From an uncultured Poribacteria bacterium (GTDB lineage Bacteria > Poribacteria > WGA-4E > WGA-3G), in NCBI GenBank assembly GCA_951813565.1, contig OX638351.1, positions 224,001-288,000 of the forward strand: a DNA stretch of 64,000 nucleotides, in the 5' to 3' direction. The notes under the pieces were generated by a model. The model was not told the DNA's origin, did no database searches, and was given only the letters and a program-made list of their open reading frames with translations. Both the position numbers and the translations under genes were made by a program. Shown one piece after another: positions 52,525 through 62,172 of the stretch; position 1 is the stretch's first letter, and each line of letters starts with the position of its first letter.

Positions 52525-53493
52525 ATGAACAAGCTTAATAAAACCTTATGGGGAATGGTCAAACTCGCCACCTATTGTCTGATTGTAATCGGGATAATAG
52601 GATTATTGATTGTTTTTATTATTATTCCACAGTGGGTAAAGTCCACGGAGATACTTGTTCCCAACCTTGACGGTAAACACTATTACCAAGCATTACACTC
52701 TCTTTCTGATGTAGGTTTAGCACCAGAAAATACAATTTATCAAGCAAGTAGTAGTGAACCGAAAGGCAATGTAATTGATCAAGACCCACCTGCGAATCAT
52801 AGCATCAAACCGCATCATAAGGTCAAAATCACAGTCAGTACTGGAGCAGATATGACACCTGTTCCGTCAGTAGTTGGTAAATCGCTTGATGCAGCACGTG
52901 AAACGCTTGAAACAGCGGATTTTCGCCCAAATACCATTGCTCGTGTCTATTCAACAAATTATTTATTGGATACCGTCATTGCGCAAAGCCCAGCAGAAGG
53001 GACGCCAAAAAAACGCCGCAGCCCTGTAAACTTGTTGGTAAGTCTTGGAAGAAAACCACAACCCATTCAACTACCAGACCTGAAAAACCAACTTGTTAGC
53101 GAGGTTTTACCTGCACTTGAAGCAGTTGGTCTGAATGTTGAAATTATAAATAGTCCACACCCAACAATTGAACACGGAAGGATCATTAACCACGAAAAAC
53201 TTGTTCATAGCGGTGACTTAATTACACTGGAAGTTAGCGGCAAACGGGATGAAACCGAAAACAGTGGAAGATGGTTGACCCACAAACACACCGTCAGTGG
53301 AGAAGGGAATCAGACAATAGAGGTTAAAATAGTTATTATTGATGACTACGGTGAACGCATTGAAGTCAATAATGTTTTTTATGCTCCAGGAGCAATAATT
53401 GACTTAGAAAAGAGAAGAGTTAAAGTTTTTGGTCCGGCATTGGTAATTGTGTTTGAAGACGGCAAAAAATTATACGAAAGGCGTTATCAATAA
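52525..53493 (+). CDS. membrane-anchored PASTA-domain protein
   Basis: N-terminal TM; VPNL.G / VPSVVG / LPDL repeats with VI.Q.P. Confidence 0.85.
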   Translation: MNKLNKTLWGMVKLATYCLIVIGIIGLLIVFIIIPQWVKSTEILVPNLDGKHYYQALHSLSDVGLAPENTIYQASSSEPKGNVIDQDPPANHSIKPHHKVKITVSTGADMTPVPSVVGKSLDAARETLETADFRPNTIARVYSTNYLLDTVIAQSPAEGTPKKRRSPVNLLVSLGRKPQPIQLPDLKNQLVSEVLPALEAVGLNVEIINSPHPTIEHGRIINHEKLVHSGDLITLEVSGKRDETENSGRWLTHKHTVSGEGNQTIEVKIVIIDDYGERIEVNNVFYAPGAIIDLEKRRVKVFGPALVIVFEDGKKLYERRYQ

Positions 53494-53642
53494 TCTTGCA
53501 AAGAACGTCCGTAATTGAAATTTCGGTAGACACTCCACTAGAAATCTGCTGAAATTACCACTGTTTTAGTTATAATTATTTAATAAATGCTGCAAATTAT
53601 GTAGGTCCTAACTGTTCTATTGAAAATTGGAGGATATGTCAA

Positions 53643-54302
53643 ATTTTAAAACCCCCTAAAATCGCGCCGTCACTTTTAGCAGCAGACTTCAGTCGTTTCG
53701 GTGAGGAAGTCGAACGAGTTGTTGAGTCTGGTGCTGACTTACTCCATTTTGATGTAATGGATGGTGAATTTGTACCAAACTTTGGTATAAGTCCTCTATT
53801 AATTGCTGCAGTTCGTGAAAAAACGGATGTGCTTTTTGATGTCCATATTATGGTGAGACACCCACTCCGATATATTGATGCGTTAGTTGATGCCGGGTCC
53901 GATATGATTACCTTCCATATTGAGAGTGATGATGAACCCAATGCAGTGATTTCCACAATTAAAGACCACAACATAAAAGTCGGATTAGCGTTTTCACCAA
54001 ATATAGAAAATGAGAAAGTTATACCATATCTGTCGGATATTGACCTTGTGTTACCGATGAGCGTTGAGCCAGGATTCGGGGGACAAGCATTTATTCCGAC
54101 TACTTTACAGAAAATTGCGAAATTACATCAAAAGATACAAGAAATTGATAATTCACCCGAAATTTCTGTTGATGGCGGTGTAACAGTAGATATAGGTCCA
54201 GACGCTGTTCGTGAAGGTGCAACAATTCTTGTCGCAGGCACAGCAATTTTTAAGAGCCAACACCCGAAAGCAGTTATAGAAAAATTACGGACTGTAGAAT
54301 AA
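53643..54302 (+). CDS. rpe: ribulose-phosphate 3-epimerase (start uncertain)
   Basis: In-frame KIAPSLLAADF, HFDVMDG.FVPN, DVHIM, MSVEPGFGGQ, VDGG. Confidence 0.92.
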   Translation: MLKPPKIAPSLLAADFSRFGEEVERVVESGADLLHFDVMDGEFVPNFGISPLLIAAVREKTDVLFDVHIMVRHPLRYIDALVDAGSDMITFHIESDDEPNAVISTIKDHNIKVGLAFSPNIENEKVIPYLSDIDLVLPMSVEPGFGGQAFIPTTLQKIAKLHQKIQEIDNSPEISVDGGVTVDIGPDAVREGATILVAGTAIFKSQHPKAVIEKLRTVE

Positions 54303-54337
54303 CTCAAAGTTTCTGGTTGGTTGTGTTAGGATGAAAG

Positions 54338-55057
54338 ATGCATACGTTCTATGCCCCTCCAACTCAGATCAATGAGGAGATAGCCACGATTACCGGTTTA
54401 GAACAACACCATCTCCGAAATGTGCTACGATTGGAACCTGGCGATACAATCCGAATTGTTGATGGAGAAGGAAGTATCTGTATAGGCGAAATATATAAAA
54501 TGAATGCGGAGGCAACAGAAGCAAAGGTATTAAGACGTAACTTTCACGAGAGAAATAGACCAGTCCTAACGCTTTTCCAGGCGTTGCCAAAAAACGATAA
54601 GATGGAGTTGATTTTGCAGAAGACAACCGAACTTGGCGTAACACGTATTGTCCCTATGAACACAGAACGTTCATTACAAAAACCGAGTCAAAATCGTTAT
54701 GAACGTTGGCATCGTGTTGTCCTTTCCGCAACAAAGCAGTGTAAACGCGCGTGGTTACCTGAACTTCATGAGGTACAAGAATTCGGTGAATGTCTGAACA
54801 TGATTCAAAAATATACACGCAGTCTAATTTTCTGGGAAAATGAAAAGCAACAACATATCAAAGCAGTGTTGAGAGAAGCACCAAAGGTAGAATCTATTGC
54901 ATTTTTAGTAGGTCCAGAAGGGAGTTTTACCGATAAGGAGGTCAACGCTGCAATTGAAAACGGATGTATCTCGGTAACGGTTGGTTCAAATACCTTAAGA
55001 ACAGAAACCGCCGCAATAGCGGGAATTACCATCGCCGCTTATGAATACCAACTGTGA
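54338..55057 (+). CDS. rsmE: 16S rRNA m3U1498 methyltransferase
   Basis: HLRNVLR, QKTTELGV, VGPEG.F, LRTETA. Confidence 0.94.
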   Translation: MHTFYAPPTQINEEIATITGLEQHHLRNVLRLEPGDTIRIVDGEGSICIGEIYKMNAEATEAKVLRRNFHERNRPVLTLFQALPKNDKMELILQKTTELGVTRIVPMNTERSLQKPSQNRYERWHRVVLSATKQCKRAWLPELHEVQEFGECLNMIQKYTRSLIFWENEKQQHIKAVLREAPKVESIAFLVGPEGSFTDKEVNAAIENGCISVTVGSNTLRTETAAIAGITIAAYEYQL

Positions 55058-56382
55058 TCCAACATAAAACCATGAAAACAGCAAAACTCATTACAATGGG
55101 CTGCAAGGTAAATCAATACGACACGCAATCAATGCGGGAAGCACTCGTCTGCAACGGATACGCGATTGTTGATGAAACACTACCTGCAGACTTATATCTC
55201 ATTAACACATGCACGGTAACGAACACCGCTGATCAGAAAGCACGTCAAGTTATTCGGCGGGCAATCCGGCAGAATCCGAACGCTGATGTGTTGGTTACAG
55301 GATGTTACGCTGAAAGTGATCGAAAAGCAATTGAGCAGATACCGGGTGTGACGGTTGTCTTCGGAAATCGTGAGAAAGCAGATTTTCAAACCTATCTTGA
55401 TAAGTTGCATGCCGAAACACCTCTACAGATTCAACCCGTTCAACACGATGCAATTCGGGAACACGCGCGTTTTAGCAGTGGTGTTAGCAATGCCGGAAAA
55501 CGCACACGCGCGCTCATCAAAGTGCAAGATGGCTGCAGTGCATTCTGCACTTATTGCATCATTCCTTATGTACGAGGCAGGATGACAAGCCGTCCACTTA
55601 CAGAGATTGTTGATGAAGCGCAACGCATTGCCGACAGCGGCATCAAGGAAATTGTAATTACCGGTGTACATCTTGGTGCGTATGGACAAGACACAGGAAG
55701 GGATAAAGATATCGCAGACATCTTGGAACAGATACATGACGTCGAAGGGATTGAACGTATCCGCTTTAGCTCAATTGAACCGATGTATTTTCCAGATATC
55801 CTCTCGGAACGGATGTCTGCATTACCGAAGTGTATGCCTCACTTCCATATCCCTATTCAATCAGGATCAGATAATGTTTTACGCCAAATGCGCCGCCGTT
55901 ATACGACCACTCAATTCGCACACCTTGTTGATAACCTACGTGCACGCTTTACTGATGATGTTGGTATTACTACAGATATAATGGTTGGATTTCCCGGTGA
56001 AACCGATACAGATTTCAAGGATTCACTTCAGTTCGTTGAAAAAATTGGATTCAGTCAACTACATGTATTTCGGTATTCCCCGCGTAAGGGTACACCGGCA
56101 GCAACTTACTCGGAGCAAGTTGCACCACGCATTTCCGCAGAACGAAGCAGCGCAATGATTGAATTAGGAAATCAACTCAATTCAGCGTTTCGCAAACGGA
56201 TGCTTGGCAAACAAAAAAACGTGTTAGTCGAAGAAAGCAGGGAAGGTCCGAAAAACTTCCTTGCAGGATTCACAGATAATTATCTCCGTGTGCTTTTAGA
56301 TGCCCCAGATACTGCGATAAATCAAATTCTTCGGGTTAAGTTAACAACTTTAGATGATGAATTCGTTTATGGAATGTGTTAA
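55054..56382 (+). CDS. mtaB: tRNA t6A37 methylthiotransferase
   Basis: GCKVNQYD, NTCTVT, QDGCSAFCTYCIIP radical-SAM motif; follows rsmE. Confidence 0.92.
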   Translation: MIQHKTMKTAKLITMGCKVNQYDTQSMREALVCNGYAIVDETLPADLYLINTCTVTNTADQKARQVIRRAIRQNPNADVLVTGCYAESDRKAIEQIPGVTVVFGNREKADFQTYLDKLHAETPLQIQPVQHDAIREHARFSSGVSNAGKRTRALIKVQDGCSAFCTYCIIPYVRGRMTSRPLTEIVDEAQRIADSGIKEIVITGVHLGAYGQDTGRDKDIADILEQIHDVEGIERIRFSSIEPMYFPDILSERMSALPKCMPHFHIPIQSGSDNVLRQMRRRYTTTQFAHLVDNLRARFTDDVGITTDIMVGFPGETDTDFKDSLQFVEKIGFSQLHVFRYSPRKGTPAATYSEQVAPRISAERSSAMIELGNQLNSAFRKRMLGKQKNVLVEESREGPKNFLAGFTDNYLRVLLDAPDTAINQILRVKLTTLDDEFVYGMC

Positions 56383-56461
56383 TGATGCTCTTCACAATAA
56401 GATTGAGGCACGAAGCCTTGTTTTTATCTTCAGGACTTATTATTCCCTTGGAGAAAACATT

Positions 56462-57649
56462 TTGCCTAAAATAAAAATTATTCTGTTATTATTTGTAGTC
56501 CTATTTGCCATGTCAGGATGCGAAAAAATTACGGATAAAGTAATATTACCGCCCGATACGACACCGGCAGATACGCAACCTCTCACAGTGATGACCTATA
56601 ATGTATACGTTGGCAGCAGTGCAGATCCGCTCTTATCCGTAGAGAATCTTGGACAAGTGCCGGGAGAAGTTACCAAGATGTACAACAATGTCATGGCATC
56701 CGACTTTCCAAGTCGTGCAGTTGCAATCGCTAAATCCATAAAAACGCATCAACCACACCTAATCGGACTACAAGAAATTTCTTTAATCCGCCACCAAAGT
56801 CCAGGTGACTTTATTCCGAACAATCCGACTCTTGCTGAAGAGGTCGTCTTGGATTTTCTCCAAATTTTGATGGATGCGCTTCAAGCAGAAGGCTTAAGTT
56901 ATCAAGTCGCTGCGCAAGTTGAAAATTTAGATGTTGAAATGCCAATGTTTACTGCTACCAGTATTGATGATGTTAGGTTGACCGATTATGATGTGATAAT
57001 GGCTCGTAGTGACGTTGAAATATCAAATCCAATGACGGCTAACTACGAAAATGCGCTTAAAATAGAAATGCTTGGGCTGCAAATAAAAAGAGGCTATGTT
57101 GCTGTAGATGCTACTGTGTCTGGTGTAACTTACCGTGTTGTCAATACACATCTTGAGGCATTTGCAGAAGAAAACAGGGTGGAACAAACACAGGAACTTG
57201 TGGATATTCTTAGCAGCGAGACCATGCCGATTATTTTGCTCGGAGATTTCAATACGAGAGCAACCGATGGAGCTGGCTACCAAATTTTATTGTCGGCGGG
57301 TTACGCTGACGTTTGGCTCCTTGATAATTGGTCTTATGCTTGTTGTTTAGATGGTAGTCCTGGATGCATAGCTTGCCAGATGGGAAATCGTAAGGCTAAT
57401 GATATTATACGCAAACTTCATGCAATGAGAGCTGGAAACGAGTCTGGCAATACGTGCTGTCAAGACGATGACATATTAAATGAGGTGAGCGATCTCACGG
57501 TCCGGATTGACCAAATCTTTGTGCGAAATATGGATCTATTCCTGCCTGTCGTGTCATTCACGGTCGGAGATAAACCATCTGACCGACTCCCTTCAGGCTT
57601 ATGGCCATCTGACCATGCGGGTGTTGTTGCACAGTTTACATTTGAGTAA
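56462..57649 (+). CDS. endonuclease/exonuclease/phosphatase-family lipoprotein
   Basis: MTYN, GLQE, NTHLE, GDFN, RIDQIF, SDH; lipobox MSGC. Confidence 0.88.
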   Translation: MPKIKIILLLFVVLFAMSGCEKITDKVILPPDTTPADTQPLTVMTYNVYVGSSADPLLSVENLGQVPGEVTKMYNNVMASDFPSRAVAIAKSIKTHQPHLIGLQEISLIRHQSPGDFIPNNPTLAEEVVLDFLQILMDALQAEGLSYQVAAQVENLDVEMPMFTATSIDDVRLTDYDVIMARSDVEISNPMTANYENALKIEMLGLQIKRGYVAVDATVSGVTYRVVNTHLEAFAEENRVEQTQELVDILSSETMPIILLGDFNTRATDGAGYQILLSAGYADVWLLDNWSYACCLDGSPGCIACQMGNRKANDIIRKLHAMRAGNESGNTCCQDDDILNEVSDLTVRIDQIFVRNMDLFLPVVSFTVGDKPSDRLPSGLWPSDHAGVVAQFTFE

Positions 57650-57670
57650 CGTAAAACTTTGGTAAAAGTA

Positions 57671-57712
57671 AAGCGCGCTGCAATGGAATTGAAAATCCAT
57701 CGCAGCGCGTTT
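57671..57712. terminator. hairpin between convergent genes (likely bidirectional terminator)
   Basis: CGCGCTGCAATGGA...TCCATCGCAGCGCG. Confidence 0.55.
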
Positions 57713-57731
57713 CTATTTGTAGGATAGATCT

Positions 57732-58907
57732 CTAATCAAAGACTTCAAGTTTACCATTTTTTACAATTAAGACAACTGGGTCGTAAATCGCGTCTCCGTT
57801 AGAATCAAAAGAAAACTTACCTAAAATGGTGTCAAAATCCTTAATCTCAGCAAGCGCAGCAGCAATTGCCTCTGAACCTGTTGATTGCGCGTTTCTGATC
57901 GCCTCTGCAAGGATATAGACAGCGGCGTATGGTTTTGCAGCCCAAACGCTCGGTTCAAAACCGTATTTCTCGGTGTATTTCTGAACGAAGGCTTGATTCC
58001 TGGGCGTATCTGCGGTGCTAATCCATGCTGAAAATGTAATTGTCCCCTCGGCGGCAGCTCCGGCACTTTGGATCAGATCTCTGGACAAGATAAGGGAAAT
58101 AAAGGGAATTTCAGTGGGGATCCCAAGCTCGCGTGCCTGTGTGAGAATATGAATCAACTCTATGTCTTGTGCGGAGACAAAGATCGCATCTGGATTCAAC
58201 GTCTTTATCCGGGTTAATTGGTTGGAAAAGTCGGTATCACCGGTCACGAATGTCTCCGTCGTCAGCACCTTAACCCCATTATCAGTGAGTGTTTGCCTAT
58301 ATACTTCGTCGCTCACCTGAGAAGCGAAGTCAACCGTGTCTGCTATCGTAGCTATTCTTTGGTAACCGAGTCTCTCCTGCGTTACCTTGACTCCCTCAAG
58401 AATCAGTACTTCTGTAGAGAGACTGGTTCGGAAGATAAAATCACCGATAGCAGTCAAGCCAGAAGCGAGGACGACCGGACTAAAAGCCACAACCTGGTTT
58501 TCTTGCGCAATAGGAAAAACGGATTTGGCAATGTGTGAGGTCCAGACACCGAGAATGACAGGGACCCTATCTTGATGGATTAGTTTATTAAAAGCTGTAA
58601 CTGCACCTTCTTTAGTGCTCATATCGTCTTCAATAATGAACTTGAGAGTTGCATCCCCGAGCAATTGAGATGTATTGATCTCCTCAAGTGCCATGTTAAA
58701 ACTATTTTCCATCACCAAGGCACCCGGACCGAATTCACCTGGTCCTAAGTGACCTGTCTGAGGTAAAACGACACCAATGGTAATTTCCCCACTGAGACCT
58801 TCAGGCTGAGCGGTAGGTTGCACAACTTGTTCAATTCGTTCACAGCCAATAATGCCACCAACCAACATTATAATTACGAATACATACGCAAAAGTTGTTA
58901 TCTTCAT
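57732..58907 (-). CDS. branched-chain amino-acid-type ABC substrate-binding lipoprotein
   Basis: IGVVLPQTG, EEIN, EDD, TDFS.QLT, GKFSFD.NGD; AGGAGG RBS. Confidence 0.9.
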   Translation of the reverse strand: MKITTFAYVFVIIMLVGGIIGCERIEQVVQPTAQPEGLSGEITIGVVLPQTGHLGPGEFGPGALVMENSFNMALEEINTSQLLGDATLKFIIEDDMSTKEGAVTAFNKLIHQDRVPVILGVWTSHIAKSVFPIAQENQVVAFSPVVLASGLTAIGDFIFRTSLSTEVLILEGVKVTQERLGYQRIATIADTVDFASQVSDEVYRQTLTDNGVKVLTTETFVTGDTDFSNQLTRIKTLNPDAIFVSAQDIELIHILTQARELGIPTEIPFISLILSRDLIQSAGAAAEGTITFSAWISTADTPRNQAFVQKYTEKYGFEPSVWAAKPYAAVYILAEAIRNAQSTGSEAIAAALAEIKDFDTILGKFSFDSNGDAIYDPVVLIVKNGKLEVFD

Positions 58908-58937
58908 CTTAACCTCCTAATTTGCCAAAATATAAAC

Positions 58938-58973
58938 AAGTCCGAGTTCTCAATGATGTGAGAACTCAGACTT
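58938..58973. terminator. hairpin downstream of the SBP pseudogene
   Basis: AAGTCCGAGTTCTCA...TGAGAACTCAGACTT. Confidence 0.45.
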
Positions 58974-59005
58974 ATTTGTATAAGTATTGTCTTTCAGTAT
59001 TATGT

Positions 59006-60155
59006 CTACTCAGGTGCCGCCTCAATTATGTCATCCTGCGGCATACCGTTAAGAATTTGGCGCACGCCGACGCTTTTGATGGGATTTCGGTTTTCATCAA
59101 AACGAAAGATGGTTGTCGCACCTTCGTAGTTTGTGATATTTGCGATGGCATCTCGAATCGCAGCCGGATCATCGGTTGAACCTACTGTCTCAATTGCTAT
59201 TGCCAAAATTTTCATGGCATCATAACCTGCTGCTGCAATGCCATCAACGGAGCCATATTTTGCCGTATAAGCAGAAATAAAACCCACAGCATCCGGATCT
59301 AAGTTGGTACAATAGTAACCATCAACAGGTTCATTATCCTCCAAAGTCGAAGACATTAGCGGATCGTCCCAACCATCGCTACCGATAAAGATAGATTCAA
59401 TTCCCATGTCCAGTGCTTGTGCCATTATCCGTGGTACTGATTTAGGAAAACTGGCGAGAAGAAGCACATCAGGATTTGCCTCTTTAACTGCAGTAAGTTG
59501 GGAATCAAACATCGTTCCGCCGTTCCCTTCATAGGTTTGTTCAACAACTACACTCCCACCAAGTTCTGTAAAACTTGCCTTAAATGATTGCACAAAACCC
59601 TCAGAATATACATCCATATTTTGCCAAATCATAGAGGCAGATATTGCATTGAGTTGCTCTACGGCAACTTTTGCCAAAAGATTTGCCTGCAGGACATTGG
59701 AACCAGCAACGAGAAACATGAAATCGTTTGGGTCTGTTGCATCTGCCGTAACTTCTGCCCTTGTTGCTCACAAAAGCACAGGAACAGTGGCAACCGGACC
59801 AACTTTTACGGCATGGCTTGAAAAGAGGGGGCCTAATATAGCAACAACATTTTCCATTTCAACCAATTCTGTCGCTGACTGAGTAACGGTATCTGTCGTT
59901 TTTTCCTTAAAAATCAACTCAATCTGCATGACAAGGACGCCACCAGCTGCATTGATTTCAGCTTGGGCAAGTTTTGCCCCGTTACCAAAACTGGTGTAAT
60001 TTGGCTGCGGATGAATCAATCCCACTTTAAGTGTAGACACCATTTCGTCATCCGTAGGCGGAACCATATCCATCATTTTTTCACAACCCAGATAGCCAAG
60101 CGACTGAGAATGCAAGTAGGACGCATAGCACAACCCTAAAAATTTTTGTGTTCAT
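59006..60155 (-). pseudogene. ABC substrate-binding protein pseudogene
   Basis: Frameshift near the lipobox and in-frame TGA at 59768-59770. Confidence 0.8.
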
Positions 60156-60339
60156 AAATTGCTCCTATTTTGTAGACTACCTTCACAGTGCAAGGTAGTT
60201 GAGATTTCTTATTTTTTATTTTATAATGTAATTATAACATTAATGTGTGTAAAAAGTTACATTTCTATGAACAAGTTGGCTCAGAGTGAGACTTTGCGTC
60301 CGGCAACGCGAACGCAAAAGTCTCTACAGATAATTTTAC

Positions 60340-60776
60340 CTATTCACTGGCACCGTTACGCAGCAAGTGTGCTCCCAAAGCACCATTCAACAACGGAAGT
60401 AGGGCATCAAAAAAATCCATACAGTTGATCGGGTTTCGTCTCCGACAGCAGTAAAGGTTGTGGCATTGAGAATACCAAACCAATTCCAAAAAAATAAAAT
60501 AGCAGCAAACATGAACCCGTAGAATAACGTGTTAGCCGCTATGAACTCTTGAACGCTTGAATTATCCGCGACTTTGTTCAAGCGAATGTAACTAAATATT
60601 AAACCCAACACTATTGAAATCGCGGAGAGTACGTTAATATAACCCTAAACAGAACTATACGGATTGTCACTGTTGGGATCAGAAGTGTGGTATAATGGTT
60701 CAATAACAGTGTGGATTGCAACTATTGTCGCAATTATGATGAGAACAACGCCTATAACTTTCTTGAGGGCATCCAT
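60340..60776 (-). pseudogene. small membrane protein pseudogene
   Basis: MDALKKVIGV.. with in-frame TAG and a poly-T frameshift near the 3' end; AGGAG RBS. Confidence 0.65.
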
Positions 60777-60951
60777 GATATTTCTCCTGCCCTGATCGGG
60801 TTTATAGAATATATCCCATAAACTAATTTTGTTGGTATCACTGTGTTCAACTAACCTAAAAAATTATAGGTTAATTATTCGGAGATCGCTGACAGGACGC
60901 TTCTAAAGAGCATCACAGTAAAATTGCCACACATTATCGGATTTGTTGATT

Positions 60952-61109
60952 ATAACCCAAGTTGCTACCTATATCGCGAATGCTCTTGTAGGAGGGGTTT
61001 CTAACCCCGATTTAGAAAAGAAAGCATAAGAATTAGCTGGAAATCCTTGTTTTTCAGTAAAAAGCAATGTCTGCAAGCTTGAAATCTTGTCCGTAGCAAC
61101 TTAGGTGAT
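60952..61109. mobile_element. MITE-like element with an internal REP
   Basis: ATAACCCAAGTTGCTAC...GTAGCAACTTAGGTGAT. Confidence 0.6.
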
Positions 61110-61208
61110 TATAGTGAAAAAGCAATTCAATGTCAAGCACAAACAATCGCATTCAGAGTTATTTAGTTTTCTATATTTCTGACGCATTTTATTACACGTG
61201 TTAATCCT

Positions 61209-61490
61209 TTATAACAGTATTGTAACGCGAGTGATAATTAATTTGATGAAAAACACAAGTATCGTCATCACCTCACTTATATGAAGTCTACAAGGACGAT
61301 TGCGCTTGTTAGAGGTATCACTATCCTTGAAGATTGAGAAACCATTGTTTTTGATAATAAGAAAAAAGTCGTGAATTTCACAGAAAAGTTGTATAATACA
61401 CATGGAGTCCTTCTTTGACAGAAAGGATTTAATTTCGTTATACATAGGAGTTTTCTTTTATCAAACCATTTTCTTACACTAAACTCACGT
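61209..61490 (-). pseudogene. IS982 remnant (one end plus the 5' part of the transposase)
   Basis: LFCEIHDFF...RLHISEVMTIL; AAACTCACGT end. Confidence 0.8.
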
Positions 61491-62172
61491 TATTGTGGTA
61501 TTGTAGGTTGGGTAGAGCGGAGCGAAACCCATAAATCAACGCTATGAATGCCCTTATGGCATTCAGCCAAATCAAGGCCAAATTCGCTTTTGGCCCTACA
61601 AGGTTTGACGGGATTTATCCCTTAAATTGACGCCTAATGAGTTTTGACGTTCAAATCGGGCAAACTTTCCTAATGAAGTAAGTTCGACATTAATATTAAA
61701 TATTAAAGGAAACGGAATGATGTTTCACGTCTATTACATTCAATAACAAATGTGTTCTTGCACGCCAGCGGCGTGCTATGAGGGATTGATCACATACCGC
61801 ACCCGCTAAATGCCTTGCGCGCATTTGGCGTTGATTCACGGAGCGGGGGTGCGGTGTGTGATGGTTGCTATAAACATATTGCTCCTACGGAGCAAAGTAT
61901 TTGTTTTGGTTTCTGGATTAGATAGACGTAAGCGAAACATAACATCTAAATTTTATTTCTTTTATCGAACTCACGTTAAATGAAATTACCTCTTTTGATT
62001 GTCAAAGTTCATTAGGGTAGAGTTTACGAAACCCAACGGACAATATAAACTTCGAGTAACACTCATTACTGAAAATCTTTAAAACTAAAATACCCTGAGT
62101 ATATTCAATAATATTGATTTTTTAGTCAATCTGTGATATAAAATCAGAAAAGTCTTTTGAAGAGGAATACCT

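Noticed and set aside
59768..59770. TGA recoding (selenocysteine or alternative genetic code)
   Set aside because: The same gene also has a frameshift, and TGA terminates normal genes here (tnpA, rsmE, lspA).
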